Shown here piece after piece: positions 44,614 to 54,167 of a stretch of DNA of 64,000 nt. Every line of letters starts with the position of its first letter. Position 1 is the first letter of the stretch. Position numbers and translations under genes: made by a program. Below the pieces are notes generated by a model. That model searched no databases and was not told where the DNA came from. It was given only the letters and a program-made list of their open reading frames with translations. This DNA is from an uncultured Phycisphaerales bacterium (GTDB lineage: Bacteria; Planctomycetota; Phycisphaerae; Tepidisphaerales; Tepidisphaeraceae), in contig CAVWLP010000002.1 in the NCBI GenBank assembly GCA_963755915.1, positions 640,001-704,000 of the forward strand, in the 5' to 3' direction.

Positions 44614-44918
44614 GGGGCGTTGATCGCTCATGCGGTCGATTGGGTGAGCCTTCTATTCAGTGCTCTCGCCTGGCGGCGGGCCTATTCAACTGTACAAATG
44701 GCCAGCCCTATTCTTAGCGGCAAGCTTTGAAGCTTAAGACGCCAACCGGGGTCTGGCCTTGCTCATTCAACCTGCACGAACGCGTCAATTCCACTTCACT
44801 TCAACTCTACTCAATCCCCTGCACAGAAGACAACGGCTTTCTGACACGGTGTCTTCCGGAGGGGAGATACTCCATCGCCTGTACCGACTTGTCGGGACAG
44901 TCATCGCCTTTTCGATTT
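44610..44918 (-). ncRNA. Bridge RNA / seekRNA of the IS1111 element (boundaries approximate)
   Basis: Stem-internal loop-hairpin at 44700-44758 carrying two guides that match the insertion-site flanks. Further hairpins at 44816-44900. Confidence 0.8.
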
Positions 44919-45962
44919 TCAAGTGGCCGCCGTCAGCGATCGCTGGGGTTCTCTCCATCGGGTTCCGTCCCGCAGCATCGCCCACAGCTTCACCAGTAAT
45001 CTCCTGGCTACCGCAACAATCGCGATCTTCTTGCGCTTCTCGCTGTCACGTAGAACCCTCTCGTACACGTCCTTCATCCACGTATTGCGATGAACCCCCA
45101 GCCACGCCACCTCCACCAGCAACTCCCGCAGCAGCGCGTTGCCTGCCTTGCTGATCCGCCCCTGGCGATCGCTGTCGCCGCTCTGCCAGCGCCGCGGCGT
45201 CAGACCCACGTAACATCCCACCTGACGTGCATTCTTGAATCGCCTGGGATCATCAATGATCACCGCCACCGCCTCGCTCAGCCGCGGACCAACGCCGGGC
45301 ACCTCCTGCAATCGTTTCACCGCTTTGTTGGCCTGGCCCAACTCCTGAAGCTTGCTTTCGACAGTTTCGATCTGCTTCTCCAGGTGCTCCAGTTGCGCCA
45401 CCTCACAACCGATCTGAAACAGCCACAGATCTTCCGCCGATGCGGCCGCTGCTTCCTTCCTCATTTCCTCCAGTCGCGCTTTCGTCCACGCCTTGGTCGC
45501 CGAGGGCAAATACAAACCCTGCCGCTCGTAGATTGATCGGATCGAGTTCTTGAGCGCCGTGCGGCGATCCACCAGGCCGTGTCTGTATTCAATCAATGAA
45601 CGCCACTGCCGAACCGATGCCTTGGGCACGTGCACCGTCGGCAGCGAATCCATCTCCGACATCGCCGCCATCTTCAGCGCGTCTTTACGATCACTCTTCT
45701 CCTTCACCGTCTTCCAGCGCCAGCGTTCATCGTTGCCATTGGCCACCTGGACGGGAACATTGTTCCGCTCCGCCAGATCACAAACCCATCCTGCCGCCGG
45801 ACCGGCCTCGATGACCAGTCGATCCGGACGCACCCGCTCGAGTAGTTTTTGCACCTCGTGGGCATTGGTGCCGATCTTGCCGAACGTTCTTTCTCCACCG
45901 CCGGTGACATAATCCACAAAAACGCTCTTGTTCTTTCCCAGGTCCAAAGCGAGAATTCGCAT
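44919..45962 (-). CDS. IS110-family DEDD transposase/recombinase
   Basis: ILALDLGK, LVIEAG, KSDRKDA (D-E-D-D). VPGVGP, YVGLTPRRWQSG (catalytic Ser), GRISKAGN, AIVAVARRL. Intact frame, RBS AAAGGA. Confidence 0.95.
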   Translation of the reverse strand: MRILALDLGKNKSVFVDYVTGGGERTFGKIGTNAHEVQKLLERVRPDRLVIEAGPAAGWVCDLAERNNVPVQVANGNDERWRWKTVKEKSDRKDALKMAAMSEMDSLPTVHVPKASVRQWRSLIEYRHGLVDRRTALKNSIRSIYERQGLYLPSATKAWTKARLEEMRKEAAAASAEDLWLFQIGCEVAQLEHLEKQIETVESKLQELGQANKAVKRLQEVPGVGPRLSEAVAVIIDDPRRFKNARQVGCYVGLTPRRWQSGDSDRQGRISKAGNALLRELLVEVAWLGVHRNTWMKDVYERVLRDSEKRKKIAIVAVARRLLVKLWAMLRDGTRWREPQRSLTAAT

Positions 45963-46103
45963 TGCCGAGTCCTTTCTCAAAAAAGACGTTTGAGCGACCT
46001 ACGCGGTACGCTCGTTCATACTTGGGGCATTTTGACCCCGTTCACGTCCCGAGAAAGGCTCGGCTTCATAGTTTCTTGGCGGTTAGAAGCGTTTAGAGCA
46101 GTT

Positions 46104-47006
46104 TCATTTCTTCGCGTCATAGGCTGGGCTGGCTACATCTTCGATTAGGCCTGGTTGGGTGGGGCGCCAGGCGGTGTGGTGGCGGGTGATGGTGGAGGAG
46201 GAGGGATTTGACATGGCGGCGAAATGGGCGAACCAGCCGAAATGGGCCGCGGCCTCATCGGTCGATTTGCTGACCGTCTGGAGATTCAGGCGGCGGGCGA
46301 TGACGGCGGCGATGTCTCGGAAGGGGATGCCTTCCTCGGCGACGGCGTGAAATCTTTGTCCGGTGGTAAATCCTTTTTCGAGGATGAGGCGGTAGAGTTT
46401 CGCGGCGTCGAGGCGATGGACGGCGGGCCAGGGGTTGGTCCCGTCGGCGACATAGGCGGAGAGGCCTTTTTCGCGGGCGAGGGCGATGAGGTGGGGGACG
46501 AAGCCATGATCGCCCTGGCCGTGGACGGACGGGGGGAGGCGCAGGACGGAGACGTGGATGCCGCGGGCGGCGAGGGAGGCGGCGGCTTCTTCGGAGGCGA
46601 CGCGAGGGAGGGCGCTGGGGCCGGAGGGCGGGGCGTCTTCTTCGGTGGCGACTTTGCTGCCGGAGACGAGGCCGGTTCCGGAGGTGACGATCAGGGGACG
46701 TTGTGAGCCTTGGAGGGCGGAGCCAAGCGATTCAATTGCGCGGCGGTCGATTTCGCAGTTCTCCTTAAATTTCGTGAAATCGTGGATGAAAGCGGTGTGG
46801 ACGACGGCTTCGGAGGCGGCGGCGCCTTGGCGCAGGCTTTCGAGATTTTCGACGTCGCCGCGCTGGACTTTGGCGCCGGCGGCGGAGAGGGATTGGGCGG
46901 ATGAATCGCTGCGGGCGAGGCCGAGGACCTGGTGGCCGGCGGCGATTAGTTCCTTTACCACGGCTGAGCCGACGAAACCTGTTGCTCCAGTGACAAAAAC
47001 TCGCAT
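46104..47006 (-). CDS. Atypical SDR / NAD-dependent epimerase-dehydratase
   Basis: MRVFVTGATGFVGSAVV...VHTAFIHDF...WPAVHRLDAA. Confidence 0.9.
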   Translation of the reverse strand: MRVFVTGATGFVGSAVVKELIAAGHQVLGLARSDSSAQSLSAAGAKVQRGDVENLESLRQGAAASEAVVHTAFIHDFTKFKENCEIDRRAIESLGSALQGSQRPLIVTSGTGLVSGSKVATEEDAPPSGPSALPRVASEEAAASLAARGIHVSVLRLPPSVHGQGDHGFVPHLIALAREKGLSAYVADGTNPWPAVHRLDAAKLYRLILEKGFTTGQRFHAVAEEGIPFRDIAAVIARRLNLQTVSKSTDEAAAHFGWFAHFAAMSNPSSSTITRHHTAWRPTQPGLIEDVASPAYDAKK

Positions 47007-47131
47007 ATGGGCCTCCCGGGGTGAAGATGACTTTTTTTGGACTACGAAGTATACTATACCGTACCGTTTACATTGGCAAGTGGGAAATAATTAAGGGAGA
47101 ATCTAAAGGATGGCTTGATTCAGTAGGGTCG

Positions 47132-47172
47132 GCCCCCACCCCAACCCTCCCCCGGGGTACCAGGGGAGGGGG
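47132..47172. repeat. REP-like hairpin CCCCCACCCCAACCCTCCCCCGGGGTACCAGGGGAGGG
   Basis: Palindromic CCCTCCCC...GGGGAGGG. Second partial copy at 38738. Confidence 0.65.
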
Positions 47173-47198
47173 AAAGAGGAGGCAAGTCGTAGGAGATT

Positions 47199-47818
47199 AT
47201 GGCACGTCGCGGCGGAAAACTTCGGGAGCATATTCTCTGGACGGCGAAGGAAGTCTTTCTGGAGATGGGATTTGAGCGGGCGTCGATGGATGAGGTTGCC
47301 GCGCGGCGCAGACTTCGAAGCGGTCGCTTTATGCGCATTTTGAAAACAAGCAGAAGCTGTTTCTGGCGTTCGTGGAGCTGGTGCGCGGGCTGTTTCTGAG
47401 CAAATTGAAAATGCCGGGGGATTACAGCGACAAGCCGGCGGAGGCGCTGGCGATATTCTGCGGGCGGTATGTTGAGATGCTGCTTTATGAAGGCACGACC
47501 AAGATGTGCCGGGTGTGCATCGCGGAGGCGGGGAGGTTTCCGCAGGGGGCGGCGCAGTATTTTGATGTGATCTTCAGCGAGGTACACGGGCGGTTGAGCG
47601 CCTATCTCAAGGCGACATTCGCGCTTTCGGCCCGGGCCAGCGCGGAAGCGGCGAGCAGGTTGTTGGGGCAGGTGCTTTATCCGAGGTTTCCGCGGGCGCT
47701 TTTCGGGATGGAAAAATTGGCTAAAAGTTTTGACGACAATGCGCTTTCGCCGGAGTTTGATCTTAAGCCGATTCGGAAGGCGGTGGGGGATTTGATGGAA
47801 TCTATGGGGAAAGGGTGA
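47199..47818 (+). CDS. TetR/AcrR-family regulator (frameshift at ~47310), divergent from the SDR gene
   Basis: ILWTAKEVFLEMGFERASMDEVA, then KRSLYAHFENK in the next frame. Confidence 0.85.
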
Positions 47819-47855
47819 AGGGTGTTTGATGTTTTTGGGTTTTTGGGGGACTGGA

Positions 47856-47883
47856 ACGCGCCCCGCAAGCGGGGCCGCTAAAC
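47856..47883. repeat. REP-like hairpin ending in GCTAAAC
   Basis: acgcgccccgcaagcggggccgctaaac. Related copy at 48915-48944. Confidence 0.5.
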
Positions 47884-47989
47884 TGGGCGGGTGGGGGGGG
47901 CGGTTTAGAACTTGGGGGCGCTATTTGGGTCTGCTTTTTTCTTTCGTGGAACTGTGGGCCTATGCTTTGCGATTGAAAGGAACAAAACC

Positions 47990-48892
47990 ATGAGTAACAC
48001 GAAACTTGGCGGGAAGTTCACATTTGCGGGGACATCGTTGACGGTTAATCGGATGGGGTATGGGGCGATGCAGCTTGCGGGGCCGGGGGTGTTTGGGCCG
48101 CCGAAGGATCCGGAGGGGGCGGTGGCGGTTTTGCGGGAGGCGGTGGCGGCGGGAGTGGATCATATCGACACTTCGGATTTTTATGGGCCGCATGTGACCA
48201 ACCAGATTATTCGCAAGGCGCTGCATCCTTATCCGCGGGGGCTGGTGATCGTGACCAAGCTGGGGGCGCGGCGGCCGGCGGATAAGTCGTGGCAGCCGGC
48301 GATTTCGCGGGAGGAACTTATTTCCGGCGTGCATGATAACCTTCGCAATCTGGGGTTGGAGGTGCTGGACGTTGTTAATTATCGCGCGATGGGGGCGATT
48401 CATGGGCCGGCGGAGGGGTCGATTGAGCCGCAGGTGTCGGTGCTGGCGGAACTGAAAAGCAAGGGATTGGTGCGGCATATTGGGCTGAGCAATGTGACGG
48501 CGAAACAGCTTGCCGAGGCGCGGGGGATTACTGAAGTCGTCTGCGTGCAGAACAATTACAATCTTGCGCATCGGGAGGATGATGCGTTCATTGATGATTT
48601 GGCGCGGCAGGGGATTTCGTATGTGCCGTTTTTCCCGCTGGGGGGGTTTACGCCGTTGCAGTCTTCGGAGCTTTCGGCGGTGGCGCACCGGCTGGAAGCG
48701 ACGCCGATGCAGGTGGCGCTGGCGTGGCTGCTGCATCGGTCGCCGAATATTCTGCTGATTCCGGGGACTTCGTCGCTGGGGCATTTGCGGGAGAATCTGG
48801 CGAGCAGCGAGTTGAAGTTGTCGCGGGAGACGCTGGGGGAATTGGATGGGATTGCGGCGGCGGCGAAGGGAAAGAAGGGGTCGGGGCATTGA
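47990..48892 (+). CDS. Aldo/keto reductase (YdbC-like)
   Basis: RMGYGAMQLAGPG, HIDTSDFYG, IVTKLG, HIGLSNV, LLIPGTSS. Confidence 0.92.
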   Translation: MSNTKLGGKFTFAGTSLTVNRMGYGAMQLAGPGVFGPPKDPEGAVAVLREAVAAGVDHIDTSDFYGPHVTNQIIRKALHPYPRGLVIVTKLGARRPADKSWQPAISREELISGVHDNLRNLGLEVLDVVNYRAMGAIHGPAEGSIEPQVSVLAELKSKGLVRHIGLSNVTAKQLAEARGITEVVCVQNNYNLAHREDDAFIDDLARQGISYVPFFPLGGFTPLQSSELSAVAHRLEATPMQVALAWLLHRSPNILLIPGTSSLGHLRENLASSELKLSRETLGELDGIAAAAKGKKGSGH

Positions 48893-48914
48893 AGAAACGA
48901 GCACCCGGTCAAAT

Positions 48915-48944
48915 ACGCGCACCCCTTTGGGGTTGCGGCTAAAC
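48915..48944. repeat. REP-like hairpin ending in GCTAAAC
   Basis: acgcgcacccctttggggttgcggctaaac. Confidence 0.5.
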
Positions 48945-48989
48945 GAGAAGGGTGATGTATCGCAATTAAGAAGAGGTAAAGCGCTGCGC

Positions 48990-50172
48990 TTAGGCGGTAA
49001 CGGGCTCCGGCTCTTCAATGGGATTGCGGTGGCGAAGGGCGTGGGAATAGATTTCGAGCATCCGGTTGTGATTGCGATCGGGGTTAAATTTGGCGAGGAA
49101 TTCTGCGCGGGCTTCTTGGCGCATCTGGGAGAGGGTGGCGGGGTTGTCGAGGAGCCAATGGACGGAGCGGGCGAGGCTTTGGGGGTCATTGGGTGTGAAG
49201 AGGGCGCCGGTGCGGCCGTTTGAGATGAGTTCGGTCATGGAGCCGAGGTCGCTGGCGACGACGGGGGTGCCGCGGGCGAAGGATTCTACGATGGTGCGGG
49301 GAAAGCCTTCGTACCAGAGTGAGGGGAAGATGAGCATTTTGGCACGGCCCATGAGGTCGACCACTTCTGGGAGGGGGCGGCGGCCCAGCCAGTCTACGCC
49401 GGAGTTTTGGACGAGGGGGGCGAGGGGTCCGTCGCCGCAGATTTTGAGGGGGATTTTGTCGCCGATGATTTTCCAGGCGTCGAGCAAGGGGGCGATGCCT
49501 TTTTCCTCGGTAAGGCGGCCGACGAAGAGTGCGAAATTGCCGTCGCCTTTGCCGGGGCCGGGATCGGGGTCGAGGAAATTGGGTTTGAAGTGGAGTTGCT
49601 CGCGAGGGAAACCGCCCTGGACGAATTTTTCGAGGGCGAAGTGTGTCAAGGCAACGATAAATGCATCGACCTGATCGCGGTAGGTGTGCAAGGCGCGGTG
49701 AACCATGAGCATGGTTGCGGTGACGGCGCTGGCGGCGGCGCTGCCGCGATAGCACTTGTGTATCACCGCCGGCGTCGGCAGTCGCCCCAAACATTTCTCG
49801 CATGGCTTACCATCGCGGAACATGGTGGCGGAGGGGCAGAGGAGGCGATAGTTGTGGAGGGTCTGGACGACGGCGGCGCCGGTCTGCCTGGCGGCGGAGT
49901 AGACCGCCGGCGAAAGGAGGGGAAAGGTATTGTGGAAATGGACGATCTGCGCCGGTGAGCGCGGGCGCGGTCGGCGACTTCCTGGGCGGCCTTGCGGTTC
50001 CAGATCGTCGCCGCGGCAAGCTTCAGCGCACCAGGGATTTGACCTGATCGTTGTGGACGGAGAGGGTTTCCACGTCATGGCCGAATCGGCGGAGTAGATT
50101 GGCCTCGGCCAGAAAGATCTGGTCTTCACCGCCGGGCTGCTGATAGAAGTTGTGGCAGATCAGGACGCGCAT
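48990..50172 (-). CDS. GT4 glycosyltransferase (frameshifts at ~49950-50040)
   Basis: MRVLICHNFYQQPGGED, HNTFPLLSP, TLHNYRLLCP, VGRLTEEKG, SLWYEGFP. Confidence 0.9.
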
Positions 50173-51549
50173 GTTCCCATTCCGAGTGCTCTTGCGGCGC
50201 GAGAGGGGGACGCGCTGGGGCTTAGGGGCCGGGGCGTCTTGCATGGTTTCGGGGGCGTTCTGGTAGATCCAGATGGCGCCGATGCCTACGCCGTAGACGC
50301 ACCAGAACCAAATTCCACCGACGGGTCCTTCGAGGAAGACGTCGAAGCTGGCGTTGATGAGATAGGCCAACCAATAGATGAAGAGAAAGGCGAGGAAGCG
50401 GAACCAGTGTGTTTCGCCGCGGCGATGGGCGGAATATGCGGAGGAGATGAGTCCGAAGCCGAGGGTGAGCTGGCAGATAATCCAGAGGCCGAGCATGGGG
50501 ACGCCTCCGCGGGCGAGCATGGTGAGGTGACCGTTGTGGGGGTTGCGGAGGGAGTGGTCGGCCTCGACCTGGAATCCGTCATCGTCGGCGAGGTTGACGC
50601 CGAAGCCTTTGCCTTTCCAGAAGTAGTCTCCGTGGAAGGTGTAGTCAATGATGGTATCCCACCAGCGGAGGCGCCACTGCTTGGAGCCGTCGAGGGTTTC
50701 CTCGTTGGTGTCGTAGAAGATGCTGGTGACGTTGGCGACGATCTGGTCGGCGGAGATATCACGGCCGGCTTCGAGGGCGTCGGTTTCGATGCGGATATTC
50801 AGGAGCCACATGAGGGTGAGGCCGAGGATCAGAGTGGGGAAGAGCCGCCAGGGGAGGGATGAGCGAGGGCGAAGGAGGGTGGCGAGGAATGCGCAGGAGC
50901 AGAAGGTGACCAAGGCGGCGCGGCCTGTAAAGCAGAGGACGAGGTTGAAGATGGTGCAGACGACGACGTACCAGATGTTGATTCCACCGAGGAGTACGAC
51001 GAAGGCGAAGACGCCGGCGAGATGGACGATGAGATCGCCGCCCTTGACGAGGATGAAGGGGACGTCGCCCCAGGGTGCGTTGGGGAGGTAGGGATCGACG
51101 AAGATGGAGATGACGAAGGCGATGGGGCCGAGGATGAGCATGAGCTTTGCGAAGGTTCGGAACTTGGATTCGAGGTAGAGAAGGCGGCGGGGCTGGGCGG
51201 CGAGGAGGCTGGCGAGAACGATGGCGAAGGTTCCCCAGAGGAAGACGGCGGCGTCATGGAGGGCATCGGCGCCGTAGAGGGGGATGAAGGGGATGGTGCG
51301 AATCATTCCCCAGGCCATGAGGGCCAAGAGCGGCCAGAGCCAGGCGGTGCGAAGGACGCGGCTCCAGTTCTCGGTGGTGAAGAGGGCGAAGACGCCGTAG
51401 AGCATGGTGATTTCGCCGATGTAGACTGGGGGCACACCGATGAAGGCGAAGCCCTTGCCCATCACCATGTACCCGAGGAGAAGGATGCAGAGGCATTTGA
51501 GGAAACGGTCGCCGTGAGAACTGATTGAGGAATGGGAGCGGAGGTTCAT
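50170..51549 (-). CDS. O-antigen ligase/Wzy-family polymerase (own stop probably lost to an indel)
   Basis: Multi-TM protein with TGRAA, WRLRWW, GKGFG, RNPHNGHL, FDVFLEGP. Confidence 0.8.
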
Positions 51550-52826
51550 GGATGAAATCCGGCGGTTTGCGCTTCGGGCTCGCGATCGAGAGGCAGAACC
51601 TGGGATTCCTCGGCGATTTTGAAGCACGACTCGAGGAAGGAGGTGATTTTTTCGGCGAAAGTAGCGACATCGAATTTGCGGAGGCAGACCTCGCGGGCGG
51701 CGGCGCCCATTTGGCGGGCGCGGGGCAGATCGGCGCCGAGATACTGGACGCAGTTGGCGAGGTCATTGGGGTCACCGGGGTTAAAAAGCATTCCGGTCTG
51801 TCCGGATTCGATGATCTCGATGAGTGCGCCTTCGCGAGCGCCGGCGAGAGGGAGTCCGGAGAGCATTGCCTCGACGAGGGCGAGGCCGAAGCCTTCCTCG
51901 CGGCCGGGGTGAAGATAGATATCGACGACGCCGAGGATTCTGCGGACATCGGAGCGAGCGCCGAGGAAGTGGATTCGCTGGGCGGCAGGCCCGGCGTCGG
52001 CGAGGGCGCGGACCTGGGAGACGTTTCTGCCAGCGCCGATGAAGAGGAGATGAGCGTCGATGCCGCGGCGAACCAACTCGTGCATGGCCTCGACGGCGGT
52101 GGGATGGTCCTTGCATTCGACGAATTCGGCGACGTAGGCGAGAACCAGGCCGGTGGAGGGGAGGCCGAGGGCCTGGCGGCCTTCGGGGCCGTAGGGGCGG
52201 TTATTGGGGTCGCTGGAGACGTCGGCGACGCCGTTGTAGATGACGGCGGAGCGGGCGCTGTGTCCGGGGGGAAGGTGGGCATTACGCACTGCTTCGGAGA
52301 CGAAGAGCATGGGGTCTTTGTGCCCGAGGGTGCGGACGATCTGTCGGCGTGACCAGCCATTGATGACGCCGCGGACGGCATGAATCCAGAAGACGACGCC
52401 GATGTCGCTTCCGCGGAGTGCCCACTTGGCGCAGAGATAGGTTTTGAAGGTGGTGGCCACGACAACGTCGATGTGCTGCTCGCGAGCAAGCTGGCGGAGG
52501 CGGCGCATGGGCTGGCGATAACCGAGGTCGCCGAGGCAGTGGGGAAAGATATTGAGTTTCTGGAATTCATCGCGCATGGGCTGGGAAGGCTCGACCAGGC
52601 TTGCGACGCGGAGATCGATGCGGGTGCGATCGATGGATTGGGCAAGATAAATCAGACAGCGGGGAATGCCGCCGTGGAACGGGAGGTCTCGATAGAGAAA
52701 AAGGACGCGATGAGCGCCCGGCTGGCGGGCATCGCGGCGGCGGCGGATGAGGGGCGTGAACGACGCGACGAAGGTAACGAGCGCCGCAACCCACAGGGAC
52801 ATTTTTATGAAGAATGCGGAGAACAT
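51546..52826 (-). CDS. GT4 glycosyltransferase
   Basis: VIYNGV, FLGARSDV, EEGFGLALVEAMLSGLP. Confidence 0.9.
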   Translation of the reverse strand: MFSAFFIKMSLWVAALVTFVASFTPLIRRRRDARQPGAHRVLFLYRDLPFHGGIPRCLIYLAQSIDRTRIDLRVASLVEPSQPMRDEFQKLNIFPHCLGDLGYRQPMRRLRQLAREQHIDVVVATTFKTYLCAKWALRGSDIGVVFWIHAVRGVINGWSRRQIVRTLGHKDPMLFVSEAVRNAHLPPGHSARSAVIYNGVADVSSDPNNRPYGPEGRQALGLPSTGLVLAYVAEFVECKDHPTAVEAMHELVRRGIDAHLLFIGAGRNVSQVRALADAGPAAQRIHFLGARSDVRRILGVVDIYLHPGREEGFGLALVEAMLSGLPLAGAREGALIEIIESGQTGMLFNPGDPNDLANCVQYLGADLPRARQMGAAAREVCLRKFDVATFAEKITSFLESCFKIAEESQVLPLDREPEAQTAGFHP

Positions 52827-52829
52827 GTG

Positions 52830-54167
52830 TTAGACCGCCTCCACCTCGACCAGGTTCTCGGGTAATTCCATTTCCGGAGTAATGACGTTTTTGTTAGGGA
52901 GCATGACTCTGCTGAAGATCCAGAGGGTGATGTGATGGAGTCCGTAGGTGATGACGATGCTCCAGCAGACGCCGGCCATTCCATAGAGTTTGGTGAAGAG
53001 GACGCCGAGGGTGACAGCACCGAGAGCAGCGACGACTCCGCCCCAGAAGACGGCGTTGAGTTTTTCGCGGGCGCGGAGGAGAGCGCCGTAGACGCCGCAC
53101 ATTCCTGCGATGATGGGCTGGAGTCCGAGGATCCAGAGGAGGCTGGAGTATTCGCTGTATTTTCCGCCGTAGACGAGGGCGACGACGCGGTGGTCGAAGA
53201 TGCCGAGGATGAGCCAGTAGATGAGGGGTGAACCTGCGAGGAGGAGGAGGGAAAGGCGATGGAGGCGTTTGCCCTCGGCGGTGCCCTTGGTGCGTACGAA
53301 GGCAGGGAGCAGGAGGTTGGTGAGGGCGGTGCCGGCTTGCAAGAGGGGCATGAAGAGATTGGTGAGGGCGCGGAGGGCGCCGGATTCACCGAGGGTGGCC
53401 ATGCTGGGGAGGAGAAAGTAGTAGATGTTGCCGGGGATGAAGCCGAGGAGGAGGGTTGCGGTGGCCCAGCGGCCGTAGCGGAGGTGGTCGATGGAGGCGT
53501 CGCGAAAGAAAGCGCGGTCGGGGCGAAGATTGACGTGCCCGACGCCAAGTCCAAGGCCTGCGAGGAGGCTGCTGGCGGCGATAATGGTGAGGGCGAGGGG
53601 TACGCTGATGACGGTGAACTGATGGACAAGGGCCAGACCGAAGAGCATGAGAAAAAGATACCCGACGCCACCGATGGCGGCGCGGCGGGGATTGAATTCA
53701 CCGTAGCAGGCGCGGCGCATAAGCCAGAGGAAAAGGATGAAGGGTCCGGCGGCGGCAAAACCATAGAGGGCGTTGCCAACAGAATCCTGGCCGCGGAATT
53801 TGAGATACCACCCTGCGGCGACGAGAAGGAGGGATGCGCCGAGGGAAACGACCAGATGCCAATAGACCAGGACGCCGCAATATTCCTTGGCTTTGCCGCG
53901 GTATTTATCGGCGGCGAAGATGAGCATGGGCTCGGTGATGAGTGCGGTGTGAATGATGCCGAGGGTGAGGAAAGCGGCGAAGGCGGTGACGAAGGCGCCG
54001 TATTCGGTGGGAGAAAGCCAGCGGGCGAGCATCACGTTGATGATGCAGTTGGAGCCGGCGAAGAGGCCCTGGTCCATCACGGCCCAGAATCCATGTTGGA
54101 TAAAGGAGGTGATGGAACGGCCTTGCGGCTTAGAGTCGGCGGAATGGATGGCCGCGGCGACGGTCAT
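52830..54167 (-). CDS. wzx: Wzx-like polysaccharide flippase
   Basis: WAVMDQGLFAGSN...LARWLSPTEYGAF. About 12 TM segments. Confidence 0.75.
   Translation of the reverse strand: MTVAAAIHSADSKPQGRSITSFIQHGFWAVMDQGLFAGSNCIINVMLARWLSPTEYGAFVTAFAAFLTLGIIHTALITEPMLIFAADKYRGKAKEYCGVLVYWHLVVSLGASLLLVAAGWYLKFRGQDSVGNALYGFAAAGPFILFLWLMRRACYGEFNPRRAAIGGVGYLFLMLFGLALVHQFTVISVPLALTIIAASSLLAGLGLGVGHVNLRPDRAFFRDASIDHLRYGRWATATLLLGFIPGNIYYFLLPSMATLGESGALRALTNLFMPLLQAGTALTNLLLPAFVRTKGTAEGKRLHRLSLLLLAGSPLIYWLILGIFDHRVVALVYGGKYSEYSSLLWILGLQPIIAGMCGVYGALLRAREKLNAVFWGGVVAALGAVTLGVLFTKLYGMAGVCWSIVITYGLHHITLWIFSRVMLPNKNVITPEMELPENLVEVEAV

Larger units (their letters stand above)
44593..46077 (-). mobile_element. 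IS110-family, IS1111-group insertion sequence (~1.49 kb)
   Basis: Sub-terminal IRs ctatgagccgagcctt (44593-44608) and aaggctcggcttcatag (46055-46071). TCTT core at both junctions (44589-44592 and 46074-46077). Short 5' and long (~325 nt) 3' non-coding ends. Confidence 0.9.

Noticed and set aside
50023-51627. Apparent Wzy-GT4 fusion
   Set aside because: The GT4 has its own Met start at 50172 and the ORF dies at a frameshift soon after. A stop lost to an indel is more likely.
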